Assembly: GCA_965216875.1 (NCBI GenBank)
Contig: OZ244207.1
Location: 4,288,001 to 4,352,000, forward strand
Direction of reading: 5' to 3'
DNA: 64,000 nt
Origin: Rubripirellula sp.
GTDB lineage: Bacteria; Planctomycetota; Planctomycetia; Pirellulales; Pirellulaceae
Shown piece by piece: positions 49,760 through 61,500 of the stretch. Position 1 is the first letter of the stretch, and every line of letters begins with the position of its first letter. A program made the translations under genes and the position numbers. Under the pieces are notes generated by a model. The model made no database searches, had not been told where the DNA came from, and saw nothing but the letters and a program-made list of their open reading frames with translations.

Positions 49760-49787
49760 GTCGGCCGAGACGAGGGTCTCGGCCGAC
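49760..49787. other. Perfect 12-bp GC-rich hairpin between pilC and the pilin genes
   Basis: GTCGGCCGAGAC-gagg-GTCTCGGCCGAC; no U-tract on the + strand. Confidence 0.6.
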
Positions 49788-49901
49788 AAAACGAAAAACA
49801 CTCATCCATAAGTCGTCCGTCACTGTTGATGGCGGAGGGCGCGACACGGTTGTCGCGCAAGAAACGCACAGCATCCTTTTCCAAAACGATCGAGTCGAAG
49901 C

Positions 49902-51245
49902 ATGAACGCTAACTCAGCATTGGCACATCAACGACACCTTACGCGGCGCGGTTTCACACTCGTCGAAATCCTGACGGTCATCGTGATCATCGGCATCCTC
50001 ATGGGGCTGCTGATCCCAGCGGCAACCGCGGCCTATCGCAATGCGAAAGAGACTGCGATTCGGACCGAAATCGGCGTCATCGAACAATCCCTCGAGTCGT
50101 ACAAGCTCCAGCACGGTGACTACCCACCTGACTTTTCAGATTGGGGCGCCGTCGATCGCCACTTCCGCAAAGCCTTTCCCAACATCAACGACAACGAATT
50201 GCGAATCCTCGCGCAGTTCACGCACATGAACAGCATGCATCAATTGTGCTCGGCGGCTACTGGGGTCAGCGACCCACGCACGTCGTCCGCCTTTGATCAT
50301 TACCCACACGCGATCGATCGCGCCGAAGCCTTGCTGTTTTGCTTGGGTGGGTTCAGTCGAGACAAGGAGCGACCGTTCACCGGTGCGGGTGGACCGCTGG
50401 TGCTGATCACCGGCGCCGCCGACCCTTACACCTCGACTCCCGCAAACGACGATTACGCCAAGTACCAGTACAACGCCGAGCGCGACGAAGGCTTCCTGCC
50501 CGTAAAGCCCGAACAGCTCAGCATGACACTTTTCGTGGCCAACACAGGACCATTGGCGGCGGGGTACGGCATGAGCGCTCCCTATGTCTACTCAACCGAC
50601 GAGGGCGACACCAACACAAACTCGCTTGGATTCACTCTCTTCAACGACCCGTTCCCAACCTACCGTCCAAAGAACTCAGAGTTGCCGATCGTCTACTTTG
50701 CGTCGCGCACTTACAACTCAGCCTGGGGCATCAACTACTCGAGCGCACCAGCTTGGGCCTCAGCATCAACGGTGCACCACAGCCAAAACGTGTACCTTCC
50801 GCCTGGCAGTATCGACGCAACAGGTGTTGCGCGACCCTATGCGTCAAACGTGGTCGATACAACTCCGCCTGCAACCATTCAAGGTTTCTCAGTGCAGCCA
50901 GGCGGGACGGTCTTGAAGTTTGCTGCGGATGGAAAATTCCAGCTCATCTCTGCCGGTCTCGACGACAACTACGGCGGCATTATCAGTCAAGACATCGGCG
51001 ATCACATGATGGCGCCCGCTGCAACTGGCATCAGCGTCTACCCCAGTGGCGAAGCCTACTGCCCGCTCTTGGATTTCACCTCAACGTCTTACGGAACCTT
51101 CACAACGATCACCGCCGTCAACAAATTCAACGACGACCAAGTGCTCCAGCGGAATTATGCGGCCTCAGCCGTCTACCGCGCCAATCCACAGCTCGACAAC
51201 ATCACAAACTTCACGACACGCACGATCGAATCAGATCTTCCTTAA
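49902..51245 (+). CDS. Prepilin-type protein, GspG-like (447 aa)
   Basis: RRG|FTLVE class III signal; LESYK..HG.YPPD; FQLISAGLD; DNITNF end. Confidence 0.85.
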   Translation: MNANSALAHQRHLTRRGFTLVEILTVIVIIGILMGLLIPAATAAYRNAKETAIRTEIGVIEQSLESYKLQHGDYPPDFSDWGAVDRHFRKAFPNINDNELRILAQFTHMNSMHQLCSAATGVSDPRTSSAFDHYPHAIDRAEALLFCLGGFSRDKERPFTGAGGPLVLITGAADPYTSTPANDDYAKYQYNAERDEGFLPVKPEQLSMTLFVANTGPLAAGYGMSAPYVYSTDEGDTNTNSLGFTLFNDPFPTYRPKNSELPIVYFASRTYNSAWGINYSSAPAWASASTVHHSQNVYLPPGSIDATGVARPYASNVVDTTPPATIQGFSVQPGGTVLKFAADGKFQLISAGLDDNYGGIISQDIGDHMMAPAATGISVYPSGEAYCPLLDFTSTSYGTFTTITAVNKFNDDQVLQRNYAASAVYRANPQLDNITNFTTRTIESDLP

Positions 51246-51304
51246 CGCCCGTTGGTTGTCTGTCTGGCCGAGTCAGTCTCTGACCCAGTTGCGGTTTATT
51301 GGTT

Positions 51305-52495
51305 ATGTCACACTCATCAAAACGAAGAGCATTCACGCTCGTTGAACTGCTTGTAACGGTTGCCATCCTGGGCATCATCAGCGGCATGCTGTCGATCGCG
51401 GTTGGGGGTGCTCGCCGGCAAGCTCAAGAGACGCGTGGACGGGCATTGATCGATCGCCTGAATCTGTTGATGCTCGAAATCTATGAGAAGGAATCTGAGC
51501 GGCGTGTCGATCTTCCAGCAGACTCCTTAAGTCAGGCACACCGCAACTTTTCTCAGTTGCTATGGAAACGAGATTGGTTGCGAGCTGCACTGCCAGATCG
51601 CATCTCGGACGTTGACACGGTCAACCATCCGACACGCGCAATTCAGTTCCTGACTTCTTCGGCCGTCACGCCGATCAACCCGGGACTTCGTGACCTCAAG
51701 TCAAGCCAATTCCAAAACCGAGTGATTCGCACGCAGATTGCGTTGGGTCGAGTCAATCCGAGTGCTTCCGTTGCAGCTCAATGGGCAGCGATCGTCACCG
51801 ATGATCCGACCACCACGAGTGGTCCTCCTGATCCTTTATGGTCGGTCACCCATCAAAGCGCCGAATGCCTCTATCTGATTCTTGCCACCCAAACGATTAA
51901 TGGCACACCGGCATTGCAATCGCTGACTCCACGTGACATTGCCGATACCGACGGCGACGGAATGCCCGAGATCGTCGACCCGTGGAAGAACCCTGTCGGA
52001 TTCATGCGTTGGCCCGTCGGATATTCATTGACGCCGCGTTGGAATGATCCGCCAACGTGCCCGGGAAGCCACCCATCGCAGCCGGAACAATGGGACGAAC
52101 TCGCCGAGATCAAGCGGCGACTCGGTCGTGAACCACTCGACTTGCTTTACAGCGATCCCCGTTACTCTTCCAGCGCGACCCGCAATCACGAAGCGGACGA
52201 CCCGTTTCCTGTTGTTCCCATGATCATCTCGGCTGGCAGCGACAAGGTGTTTGACATTCAAGGACTCGAGTTGGGCGAGGAGTCAACACACGTCTACCAA
52301 GACATGTACCAAAGCAGTCCACCCTCGGGAGGATACGTCGCCAACTTCTACGCAGTCGATCCGTTCCTCATTCAAACGAATGGTGACTACACACTGATTG
52401 AAGACCAATACGGCGCGAGAGTGGACACCCTGCTGCATGCCGGCACAAACAACACATCAGACAACATCGTGCCCGCACTCACGTTCGAGCGCTAA
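51305..52495 (+). CDS. Prepilin-type protein, GspG-like (396 aa)
   Basis: RRA|FTLVE; DTDGDGMPE..DPW.NP; IISAGSD. Confidence 0.85.
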   Translation: MSHSSKRRAFTLVELLVTVAILGIISGMLSIAVGGARRQAQETRGRALIDRLNLLMLEIYEKESERRVDLPADSLSQAHRNFSQLLWKRDWLRAALPDRISDVDTVNHPTRAIQFLTSSAVTPINPGLRDLKSSQFQNRVIRTQIALGRVNPSASVAAQWAAIVTDDPTTTSGPPDPLWSVTHQSAECLYLILATQTINGTPALQSLTPRDIADTDGDGMPEIVDPWKNPVGFMRWPVGYSLTPRWNDPPTCPGSHPSQPEQWDELAEIKRRLGREPLDLLYSDPRYSSSATRNHEADDPFPVVPMIISAGSDKVFDIQGLELGEESTHVYQDMYQSSPPSGGYVANFYAVDPFLIQTNGDYTLIEDQYGARVDTLLHAGTNNTSDNIVPALTFER

Positions 52496-52520
52496 ACCGA
52501 GGAACCGACTGGACGAGCTG

Positions 52521-53924
52521 ATGCCTTTTCTACGCAAAATCGAATCGCCGCCACATCGAGGCATGACGCTCGTCGAGTTACTCGTCGTGCTTGCGGTCGT
52601 CACTGTCCTCGCCGGAATTGCCCTTCCTGGTGTGAAGGGGACACTTCGTGAACAACGCGTTAAACGCGCCGCCTCGCAAGTCCAAGCGTTCATCGAAGAT
52701 GCGCGGGCACGAGCGATTGCCTCGGGCGGTGGTGGCGTCATCATCGATCGAATTGGATCGGCCAACATCGGTGAACGATCACAAGCGATACGAATGCGTT
52801 TGGCCAAAGTCCCTCCGCCGTATTCGGGCGACACCGGTCTGGCAAAGTGCACCGTTCTTGTTCGCCGTGTCCAGCCGACAGCTCCGACAACGTTGCCTAA
52901 CGACTCGGCACAACTCGACGAGATCTCGCTTTGGTTCGATGCAACCGCAGTGCAAATGCGGCGATCAGCGGCTGACTTGATTGAAGATCCGCCTATCACA
53001 CCCACGTTGATCAACATCGGTGATGTTGTGCACCTGGGTGACGCGGGCCTGCCGCTTCGAATTACCGGTATCTTTCGTGGCACCAATGCACTGGCGGCCA
53101 ACTTCGATCCCGGTGGCCCCCCAACCGAGTTTCCGCAAGCGGAAGTCACCGCCGGGACGATCGGCAACTTCACCGTCGCTTTGGTCGAACGGGTGGAACC
53201 GAACACGAATATGCGACGCTACCATCGCCAACCGACATCGTTCGTCGTCCATCGGCGGCCACGACCTGCGATTGCGATGCCCGCGAACCTTCCTGAAGGG
53301 ACCTCGATCGATTTGACGGTTTCGGGAATTGGGCGGCACGGCAATGAGTTTTCGCCAATGGAAATCTCCGGCAACTACGTCCGCCCTAATGCATCGGACG
53401 CTCTGACCGCTGCACTGAATCCCTATAGCTCGGTCGACCCAAGCAACCCAACGTTGCGATACGAGTACCAGTCGATCTGGATCATGTTTGGAAGTCGTGG
53501 TGAAGTGACCGAAGTCTATTCAAGTGTCACGCCGACGACTCCGCCAAGGATCCGAATTGGAAATACCGTCACGCCCGCGGTCGTCCCCGTGCTCGCACCG
53601 ATTCCCGTCACCGGGGACATTCACTTTCTCGTGGGACGCGCCGGTCAGGTCAAAACGAACCCGACCGAGCAGCTCGAAGACGATGACCCCGATCCGTTTG
53701 CGGACGAAGCCAAAGATGGACGCACACCTTTGCTCGATCCCGACAGTGTCTGGGTGACGATCAAATCACGCTCCGGTGAAGTGCTCGCTTCACCGTGGAC
53801 CGAACCATTTATTGCTGCCCCCGCAGCAACCGTGACCGACGCGAACCATCGCACTCGATTGCGAAACGTGATTGGCCGCGCACGTGAACTTGCCGTCAAG
53901 TCGCGCGACGGAGGCTCGCTGTAA
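52521..53924 (+). CDS. Prepilin-type protein, FimT/GspH-like (467 aa)
   Basis: HRG|MTLVE; AA..V...I..ARARAI helix; IMF.SRG. Confidence 0.8.
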   Translation: MPFLRKIESPPHRGMTLVELLVVLAVVTVLAGIALPGVKGTLREQRVKRAASQVQAFIEDARARAIASGGGGVIIDRIGSANIGERSQAIRMRLAKVPPPYSGDTGLAKCTVLVRRVQPTAPTTLPNDSAQLDEISLWFDATAVQMRRSAADLIEDPPITPTLINIGDVVHLGDAGLPLRITGIFRGTNALAANFDPGGPPTEFPQAEVTAGTIGNFTVALVERVEPNTNMRRYHRQPTSFVVHRRPRPAIAMPANLPEGTSIDLTVSGIGRHGNEFSPMEISGNYVRPNASDALTAALNPYSSVDPSNPTLRYEYQSIWIMFGSRGEVTEVYSSVTPTTPPRIRIGNTVTPAVVPVLAPIPVTGDIHFLVGRAGQVKTNPTEQLEDDDPDPFADEAKDGRTPLLDPDSVWVTIKSRSGEVLASPWTEPFIAAPAATVTDANHRTRLRNVIGRARELAVKSRDGGSL

Positions 53925-53926
53925 CG

Positions 53927-55435
53927 ATGTGGAACGACAACATGCAACAGCAACGACTCTTACGCCGAGCGGGCGTGACCTTAATGGAAACGATCTTCGC
54001 GATCGGAGTCATCTTGGTTGGTCTGCTCGGGCTGGCTGCGTTGATTCCCATCGCGGCTGACAATGCCAAATCAACCTTGCAACTTGACCAGAGCGTCAGT
54101 GACGCGACGTCAGTTGCGGCGGCCGGCGTTGCCCGAGACTTGTTTAGTCTTGATACGCTCGTGATCTATGACAAGTTTTCGCCACCGGCCTTTTCTCCAG
54201 CACGCGCCAACCCAACGTTCTATGGTTTCGCACCGTCAAGTCAGTTGCAAACCCTGCGTTGGAAACTGACCGAACAGAGCCAACACACCAGACCGCTTCT
54301 CGATAACAGCGCTCCGGAAGAGTTCTATGGAAAACTCGAGAGCCCCGGTTATGGTCACCACGGACAAGGCTCGGGTTTGACATCGGGCATTTGCATTGAC
54401 CCCTATGCACTACCTGCCCCGTCGCTCATTGGCGGAACCATCGCTGGTGGACTTCCTGATCCAAATGCGGGCACGCCTTGCGCGTTTGACTACAGCCGAT
54501 TCCCCTACTTCACGGAACGCTACAACCCGCTGTTTCCGCCGAACGAGGAAATCACTACATCCACCTTGCCGCCAACCTGGCCAATGTCGCCCCGCATGTA
54601 CCGTGCGACGCTTGCCTCAACATTGCAAAACGATGCAATCACGCCCGTGACCGAACGCGAGCTGGTCGCACGCGCCACACTCGAACGAATCTTCGAAGGA
54701 CTCGCGGGGCTGAGTCAGCTGAAAGGGCAAGAATCAGACGACCCTGGAGCCGTCTTGTTGAGCCGCACCCGCGTTGGCACAAACTTCATCGACACGGGTC
54801 GCAGCAGCAGCTCGGAGTACAAGTGGTTTGTCACGCTCGCGCCGCCCATCAATGGTGGCAACACGTTTCGTCAATCCATCGTGGTGGTGCGTGATCGCCT
54901 GCCTCAAATCCCAAGACAAGCCGGTGACCCCAACGGTCTGAACACCGAAGCGCACACCGTCGGTCAAGCGGAAGACAATCCCGCTGAGGAACGCTTGACT
55001 TGGATCGGTCAATCGATCGGTTTCACCGGCGGAGCAGGCGGTGAAGTGCTGATGTACGGAACGCAGGGTGTGATCAACGAGCTCAAAACAAACGAGTGGG
55101 TGATGCTTTCGCGTCAACCTTCGATCGGCACAACTCCAACAGGCCCAGCCGTTCACAGATGGTATCGAGTCCTGTCAGTGAGTGATGCCGAAGTTGGATC
55201 CATTGCGCCACCGCCTCCTGCCACTCCGCCAGCCGGATCGTTGGTCGAACCGAATTGGATTGATGGAACCACACCCGCCGTCTGGCGGCGCTGGGTCACG
55301 TTAGCCGGTCCTGATTGGGACTTTGGTTTGAGTGACAACAACAGCTCGGACGCGAACACACAAGCCAACGACACCTTCTGCACCATCGTTGATGGTGCGG
55401 TCTCGGTGTTGCAATCCGAGGTTGTGCTCGAGTGA
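53927..55435 (+). CDS. Prepilin-type protein, PilV/GspI-like (502 aa)
   Basis: RAG|VTLME..FAI.VI.VGLLGLAAL.P. Confidence 0.78.
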   Translation: MWNDNMQQQRLLRRAGVTLMETIFAIGVILVGLLGLAALIPIAADNAKSTLQLDQSVSDATSVAAAGVARDLFSLDTLVIYDKFSPPAFSPARANPTFYGFAPSSQLQTLRWKLTEQSQHTRPLLDNSAPEEFYGKLESPGYGHHGQGSGLTSGICIDPYALPAPSLIGGTIAGGLPDPNAGTPCAFDYSRFPYFTERYNPLFPPNEEITTSTLPPTWPMSPRMYRATLASTLQNDAITPVTERELVARATLERIFEGLAGLSQLKGQESDDPGAVLLSRTRVGTNFIDTGRSSSSEYKWFVTLAPPINGGNTFRQSIVVVRDRLPQIPRQAGDPNGLNTEAHTVGQAEDNPAEERLTWIGQSIGFTGGAGGEVLMYGTQGVINELKTNEWVMLSRQPSIGTTPTGPAVHRWYRVLSVSDAEVGSIAPPPPATPPAGSLVEPNWIDGTTPAVWRRWVTLAGPDWDFGLSDNNSSDANTQANDTFCTIVDGAVSVLQSEVVLE

Positions 55436-55504
55436 TTGACTCAGTCTCGTGACCTTTCTCTTCTTCGTTTCTCGCTGACCTGTGCACCACACAGGGAGTG
55501 AACC

Positions 55505-58500
55505 ATGAACCTACGCAACTCATCAAACGACATGCGTATCACATCTGCATCTCAACAACGCCGCGGTATCGTGCTGCTGGTCGTCCTGGGAATGCTGACT
55601 CTCTTCAGCATGCTGGCGGTTTCGTACTTGGTTTTTTCAGCCAGGCACAAATCGGCCGCCGAAGCGATGAATCGCGCCGAAACCTCCGCCATTGATTCGG
55701 GGTCGCTGCTTGACCAAGCGATGAACACCGCTTTGGTTGGTTCCAATGGGCCATCGAGCGCCTTGTGGGGACATTCGCTGCTAGGCGACCTTTACGGGAT
55801 GCGCGACGGCGTCGCCAGTGAACTCACCATTCCTTCGGCCTACGCGCACGCTGGTAACAATGACATCGCCCCCGCGGCGCTGCTGGACGGAAATTTCATT
55901 CGCTTCCCTACGGAACTCTTTCGAAGCGGGTCAAACACCTATCCATTCCGTCGAAATGAACCGGGACGCCCACAACGCGAATACCCCGCATCGGCGAGTC
56001 CGTCTTTTCCAATTGACGATCAAGTGACTGGTCGATTGCTGACTTTCCGAGAAGGTCCACTCGCCAACTTGACGATGGAGATTGTCCGCTACTTTGGCAA
56101 TCACTTGAACTTACCCGCGACCAACCCGCGCCGTGGCCTGAGTGGGCAAGTCGTCGTCGACGTACGTCCCCACTTGAACACTCAGATCGAACTCAACGGG
56201 CGAACGCTGACGTTGCGTGAGTGGATCAATCTTGCTGCCACCACGTCGTTCACGATTTCGGAGTTGTTCTACGACCAAAATGCAATCGCCGGAAGCAGCG
56301 CAGTTCCGTTGTCGGACTTTTACGTCAATGGTCGCATCCTGAACGGCCCCGGACTTGGCTGGGATCACGTCCGTGATAGCGCCATGACGGTGACAACCAT
56401 GGAACACAATCTCAACGATGTTGTCTCGACAACGGTTGAGTTGTTTCCGACTCCTTCAGGTCCAGCCACTGGTCGCTCGGGAGTCAACTTCAGCAACGCC
56501 AACGGACGTGACCTGCCCGTCGCTTTGCAGGGCCACTATGGGCTGCACCGACTTGATCCAGCCAACAACTCGACCATCGATGACTTTATCAATGACCTTC
56601 CCCCAGGAGATGTTGACGAGGGCTTCGATGCGCCCACCTATGACGACCTGTGGTTGAGCTACTTCCCCAATGATCCGGAACTTGGTCAGGCAACACCCTC
56701 ATTTGTTCGCCCGGCGCTCATCAACTGGCTGATCAACCAGAAGGGCGATCTGACCATGCTGTCACAGCAAGAGCGCACTTCGATTCTGCGAGCGATTCAG
56801 CGCAGCACATTGCGTCCACTTCCAATCTCGAACAGTAGCGGAACGATCCCGAACGCGAGTACCGGGACGTACACTCTCAATTTCTCAGAGTTCACTGGTA
56901 GTAATGGCTTGCTTGGCCCCGGCGCCACCACATTGGGAACTTTGCCAATCGATCCAACGTCGGTGACAGCCGCTCAAATCCTTCGAATCGCACGAGCCTT
57001 GGCTGGGTCTGACTCCAACGGCGACGGTATTCCGGATAGTTGGGACGTCGACACCGATGGTGACGGAATCCCTGATTCCGTTTGGGTCGATAGCGGACTT
57101 GCGTTGATCGAGTCGCCCGAAGGCCAACTGATCAAACCGATGGTCGCCTACAAGATCGAGGCGTTGTCGGGTCGCGCAGATGTGAATCGTGCGGGCAACA
57201 CTGCCCAGGCGATCAACCAAATCAACGCAACGGTTGCAAACACCGTCGGTCCCGTTCAACAGAATTCGCCCACTGGAACGCCCGCGGTGAATCCCGCCAC
57301 GGTGCCGAACGCTTACATTCAAAACGATGTCCCATCAGGGTTTGGATACGGCCCCGCTGAAATCGATCTCCGCGCAATCTTCCTACCCCAGTACGCCACT
57401 GGGAACGGAATGCGTGAACTCATGAAGCTCCGATACAACCAATTCGATTTCGGTGCTCCAGTGGTCAATTATTACTCGCCCGGCGAGCATTACACTCAGC
57501 TGACCGGTTCGTCCAACGACCTGCTTGGCCGTTTCCGACATCCTTCGCGTCCCAACTTTTTTGCCCCGGACACACGTCACGGCCTTCCCTATGACCCGCA
57601 TGGTCGAGCCACCGTCGCGCTCGGTGTTGACGGCGGCCTGATGGTGAATCGCTCTTCCTACCGTGTCGGGAATTCGGGCCCCAGTAATCTTGGCCCCACG
57701 GGCGGCCAGATCAACGACGACCCCTACGAGATTGTGTTCAACGCATCGACGGCTCCCGACGCAACACTCAAGTATGCCGACCTTGAACCTGTCTTGCGAT
57801 TCAATGATTACGATCGCGATCTGCTTGGAAGCCGTTTGGTCGATTTGATCAATAACTATCACGCAGATCCATCAGCCGTCCCCGATCAGCTCGAAGCTGT
57901 GCGCAAGTTGTTGGCCGATTCGGTCACCACCAGCAGCAGTTCTGCGGCAACCGTGACCGGACTCCTGCCATCGGAATGGCGTAATTCAACGGCTGCTTCG
58001 CAAGGCGCGTTCTCGGCCAACAATGTTTTCTGGGCCAATATCGCGGGAGCGAACGCCGCTCAACGTAATGCACGGATGTGGGAGTTGCTCGCACCCGAAC
58101 TGCGTCGTGGAAGCAAATTCAACCTGAACCGTCCGTTCGAAAACGGAGTGGATGACGATGGAGACGGCGTCATCGACGACCCCGAAGAGATCGGAAACAT
58201 TGCGCCCTCTCCAGCACCCCCGCGAGTCTTCTACAACGGAACGCGTTGGGCAACCGATCGTCATGATGTCACGCCAGCGGAACCGGGCCGCAACAGCCGC
58301 GAGACCTTTGCACGCCACCTGTACTTCATGGCATTGAGCCTGATTCGCGATGCCAATGGTGGTACCGAATTTGACTTCCCCCATGACCCGTCAATCGTCC
58401 CTGGTGGCTTCGCGGGCATCGGCGGTTTGACGTTCCAACAGGAATACAACGCTTGGAAGATCGCCCAGTGGGCCATCAATGTGGTCGACTTCCGCGACCA

Positions 58501-61500
58501 AGACGGGATCATGACTCGCTTCCGATATGACCCCAACCCGTTTGACGGCTGGGACGTCGATACCTCGGACCCCACGACCTACCGAACCGTCTGGGGAATG
58601 GAACATCCCGAGCTGACGCTGGACGAGTCCCTTGCATTCCATGATCGCCGTTTGCGTGACACGGCGGAAGACACGACCATGCAACGTCGGATCTCCGGCG
58701 GCACTTTCCAAGACGATGACCCGGACCAGTGGCGAATTCCTCAGGGCAGCCTGTTCCTTGAAGTTCGATCAACGCGTTCTCCGCAGGAACTTCTCAATCC
58801 ACCTGCTTCCGTCAACGATGACCTCCGCGCAACCCGTTGGGCCGCCCCGGTCGAGCTGTACGAACGCGTCAACAATCCGGTCACAGGCGTTGACGAACTC
58901 GTTCTGCAATTGGACCTCGAAGCTCCCGACATGAACCCCGTCTGGCGCGTCGCGATTAGCGAGATCCACGAGGGCACGTCGCCTGCAGCACGCCCTGAAC
59001 GCTGTCCCGACTTTTTGTTCAAACCTGCTGGCAGCTTGCTGCCAACCGACACCAATGCAGGAGGTGTTAACCTCAATCGAGAAACAACGATTCCTGAGCC
59101 GAACCAACCCAACTTTTTCGAAGCACCGGTTGCCGGTGGCATTGAACGAGTCATTTGGTTCACCAATCGCGACCCCGATGCCGATGCCGATGGCACGGTC
59201 GACTTCACGGTCCCCGCCGACTCAGCCGAAGTGGGCCGCATCTTCTACAACCGTTTCACAACGACCGACTATTCCACGGTGACCGGTGGTGGCGCAGCCC
59301 TGCGTGGTGGCCAATACGCTGTCATCGGACCACGCCAAATCACACCGCTTGGCTCCCTTGAAACCCATGCCACTTCAGGCCCAACGCTGGATGCAAACAA
59401 CGCGCCTCAAGTCAATTACACCGACTACGAGTCGACTCAGCGGATCGGCATCACCGCTGGCGGGTTGGCGATGACTGACATCGCTGGCAATGCAACAACC
59501 CCCACGGCAGACAATGGTACAGGCGTTGCCAACGCAACCATTCAAGCACCACTCGGTGTGGTTGCCGCTGCAAATGCTCCGCTGAGTTGGGGTGGTGGAC
59601 AAGTGGGCGTCAATGTTTCGGAACCACTGCCGTGGGCAACGCCAGACCTTGCTGCAACGCCCCCACGACGATACTACCCACAACCGACACGATCGCTTGA
59701 CCCAACACAGGGGTATCCCGTCGACAGCTACTACGACTATTCGAACGCAATGGGGCAACTCCCTGACACGCCGTTTGACTCCCAGACGTACGCTGAACTC
59801 GATCGTGCCTTTGGTGCCCTCGGGCAACAAACGGGAACGCGAACTCACTTCAAGACGGCTTACCTACAACGCTTGGCTGACCCCACCGAGGGCTATCATC
59901 CAACGGACAATCCTTACATCACCGTCGACTACATCGCGATTGACTTGACAGTCTTTAACGGCGCGATGACAAACGACCAAATCACCAACTCGGGCGGGAC
60001 AACCCAATGGCGTGACGAAGCCGACATGGATCCGTTCAACGCAGCACCTGCCGAACGATTTGCAACTCGCTACAAAACAGGAAGCAACTGGGATAACGAT
60101 TCGACGACGACTCAAGCGAATCAGATCTTCTCGATCAACACCTTTGCACCCGAGTTGAGCGATCCGCAGACCACGACCGGTGGCAACATCGCTTTCTTCA
60201 ATCACAAGTTGCATCTCGATCCACTCGTTGACCCTGACGCTGGCGGCACGGTCAACGCCACCGCCGACCGCACCGCTCACTCGAGCTCGCTCGGCTACCT
60301 CAACGCGTCGTTTGGTCAGCGTTGGGGCCAAGCCGGCACCGCGAACGCTTCGATGGGGCGGTACGTTGGATTGCCGTTCGATACCTTCGGTGCAAACGTC
60401 CAATGGCTCAATCGGGACTTCGTTTCGCCCATCGAATTGGCTTGGGTGCCAACCTCAGCTCCGGGGCGATTGGGTGCCGAGTTCGGCACAGCAACCACGG
60501 AATCGGGCATGCCAGCCTCGCCAGATCCGTATGACGATGCGAACAACAGTACCGCCACAACACTTGGCCGCTACGACTACAACCAACAGTTCCCACACCT
60601 GTGGAACTTTCTAAGCTCGAACGTGAATGACTTCAGCATGTCGCCCAACATGCTGAGAATTCTCGAGTGGGTTGAAGTACCGCCACCTTTTGATGCGGAC
60701 ATCGACTTTGTCTCTACCGACCAAGATGTCCTTGACCCAACGGTCCAACCCGTGTTCCCGGCGACCTGGAATTACGCAACCTTTGGCACAGCCCCATCGG
60801 CCAATCCCGAAACTTGGAACAACTCAGCTGGTCCACCGGGACAGAACGCCTTCTGGTTGAATCAAGTGACGACCGAAACGCTGCGTCCACCATTCAACAT
60901 TCGTTTCCCGAACTACCGGACGGGAATGGTGAACCTGAACGTGATCAAGAACAAGAACGTGTTCAAAGCGGTCATGAATGGGTTCTCGACATCTTCCGAG
61001 CGAGCGGGGGATGGTGCATTCTGGGACGACTTCATCGCCAGTCGCCGTGGTTACGCCACGCCAGCGGGTGATGCAACGGGCAGCAACCCGCTACACAGTT
61101 CGTTTAGCGCCTATTTCCCGACGCAACAGGCAGGTGCCTTCCGACCAGCGAATACTGCGGACGTTGGCATCTCATACTCGGCACCCACAGGCGCAACGGC
61201 ACCAGCGCCGCCCAATCCAATCATGCGTCGTGACCCCGTTCAAGGCACGATCCTGCGGAAGGGACCACTTGCCAACCGCATGCTGTTCCGCCGCGACCCC
61301 ACCATGGCTCCCGTGCTGAATGCCAACGCACAATCGCCCGAGAGAAGCGTGGTTCATCAACAACTGGGGGCCTCTCGCTTGGCAAACCTGACCTCGAACC
61401 AATCCAACATCTTTGCGGTTTGGATCACCGTCGGCTTCTTTGAAGTTGACCCATCCACTCTGCTTGTTGGGCCGGAGGTTGGTCTTGACCTCGGACAAAC

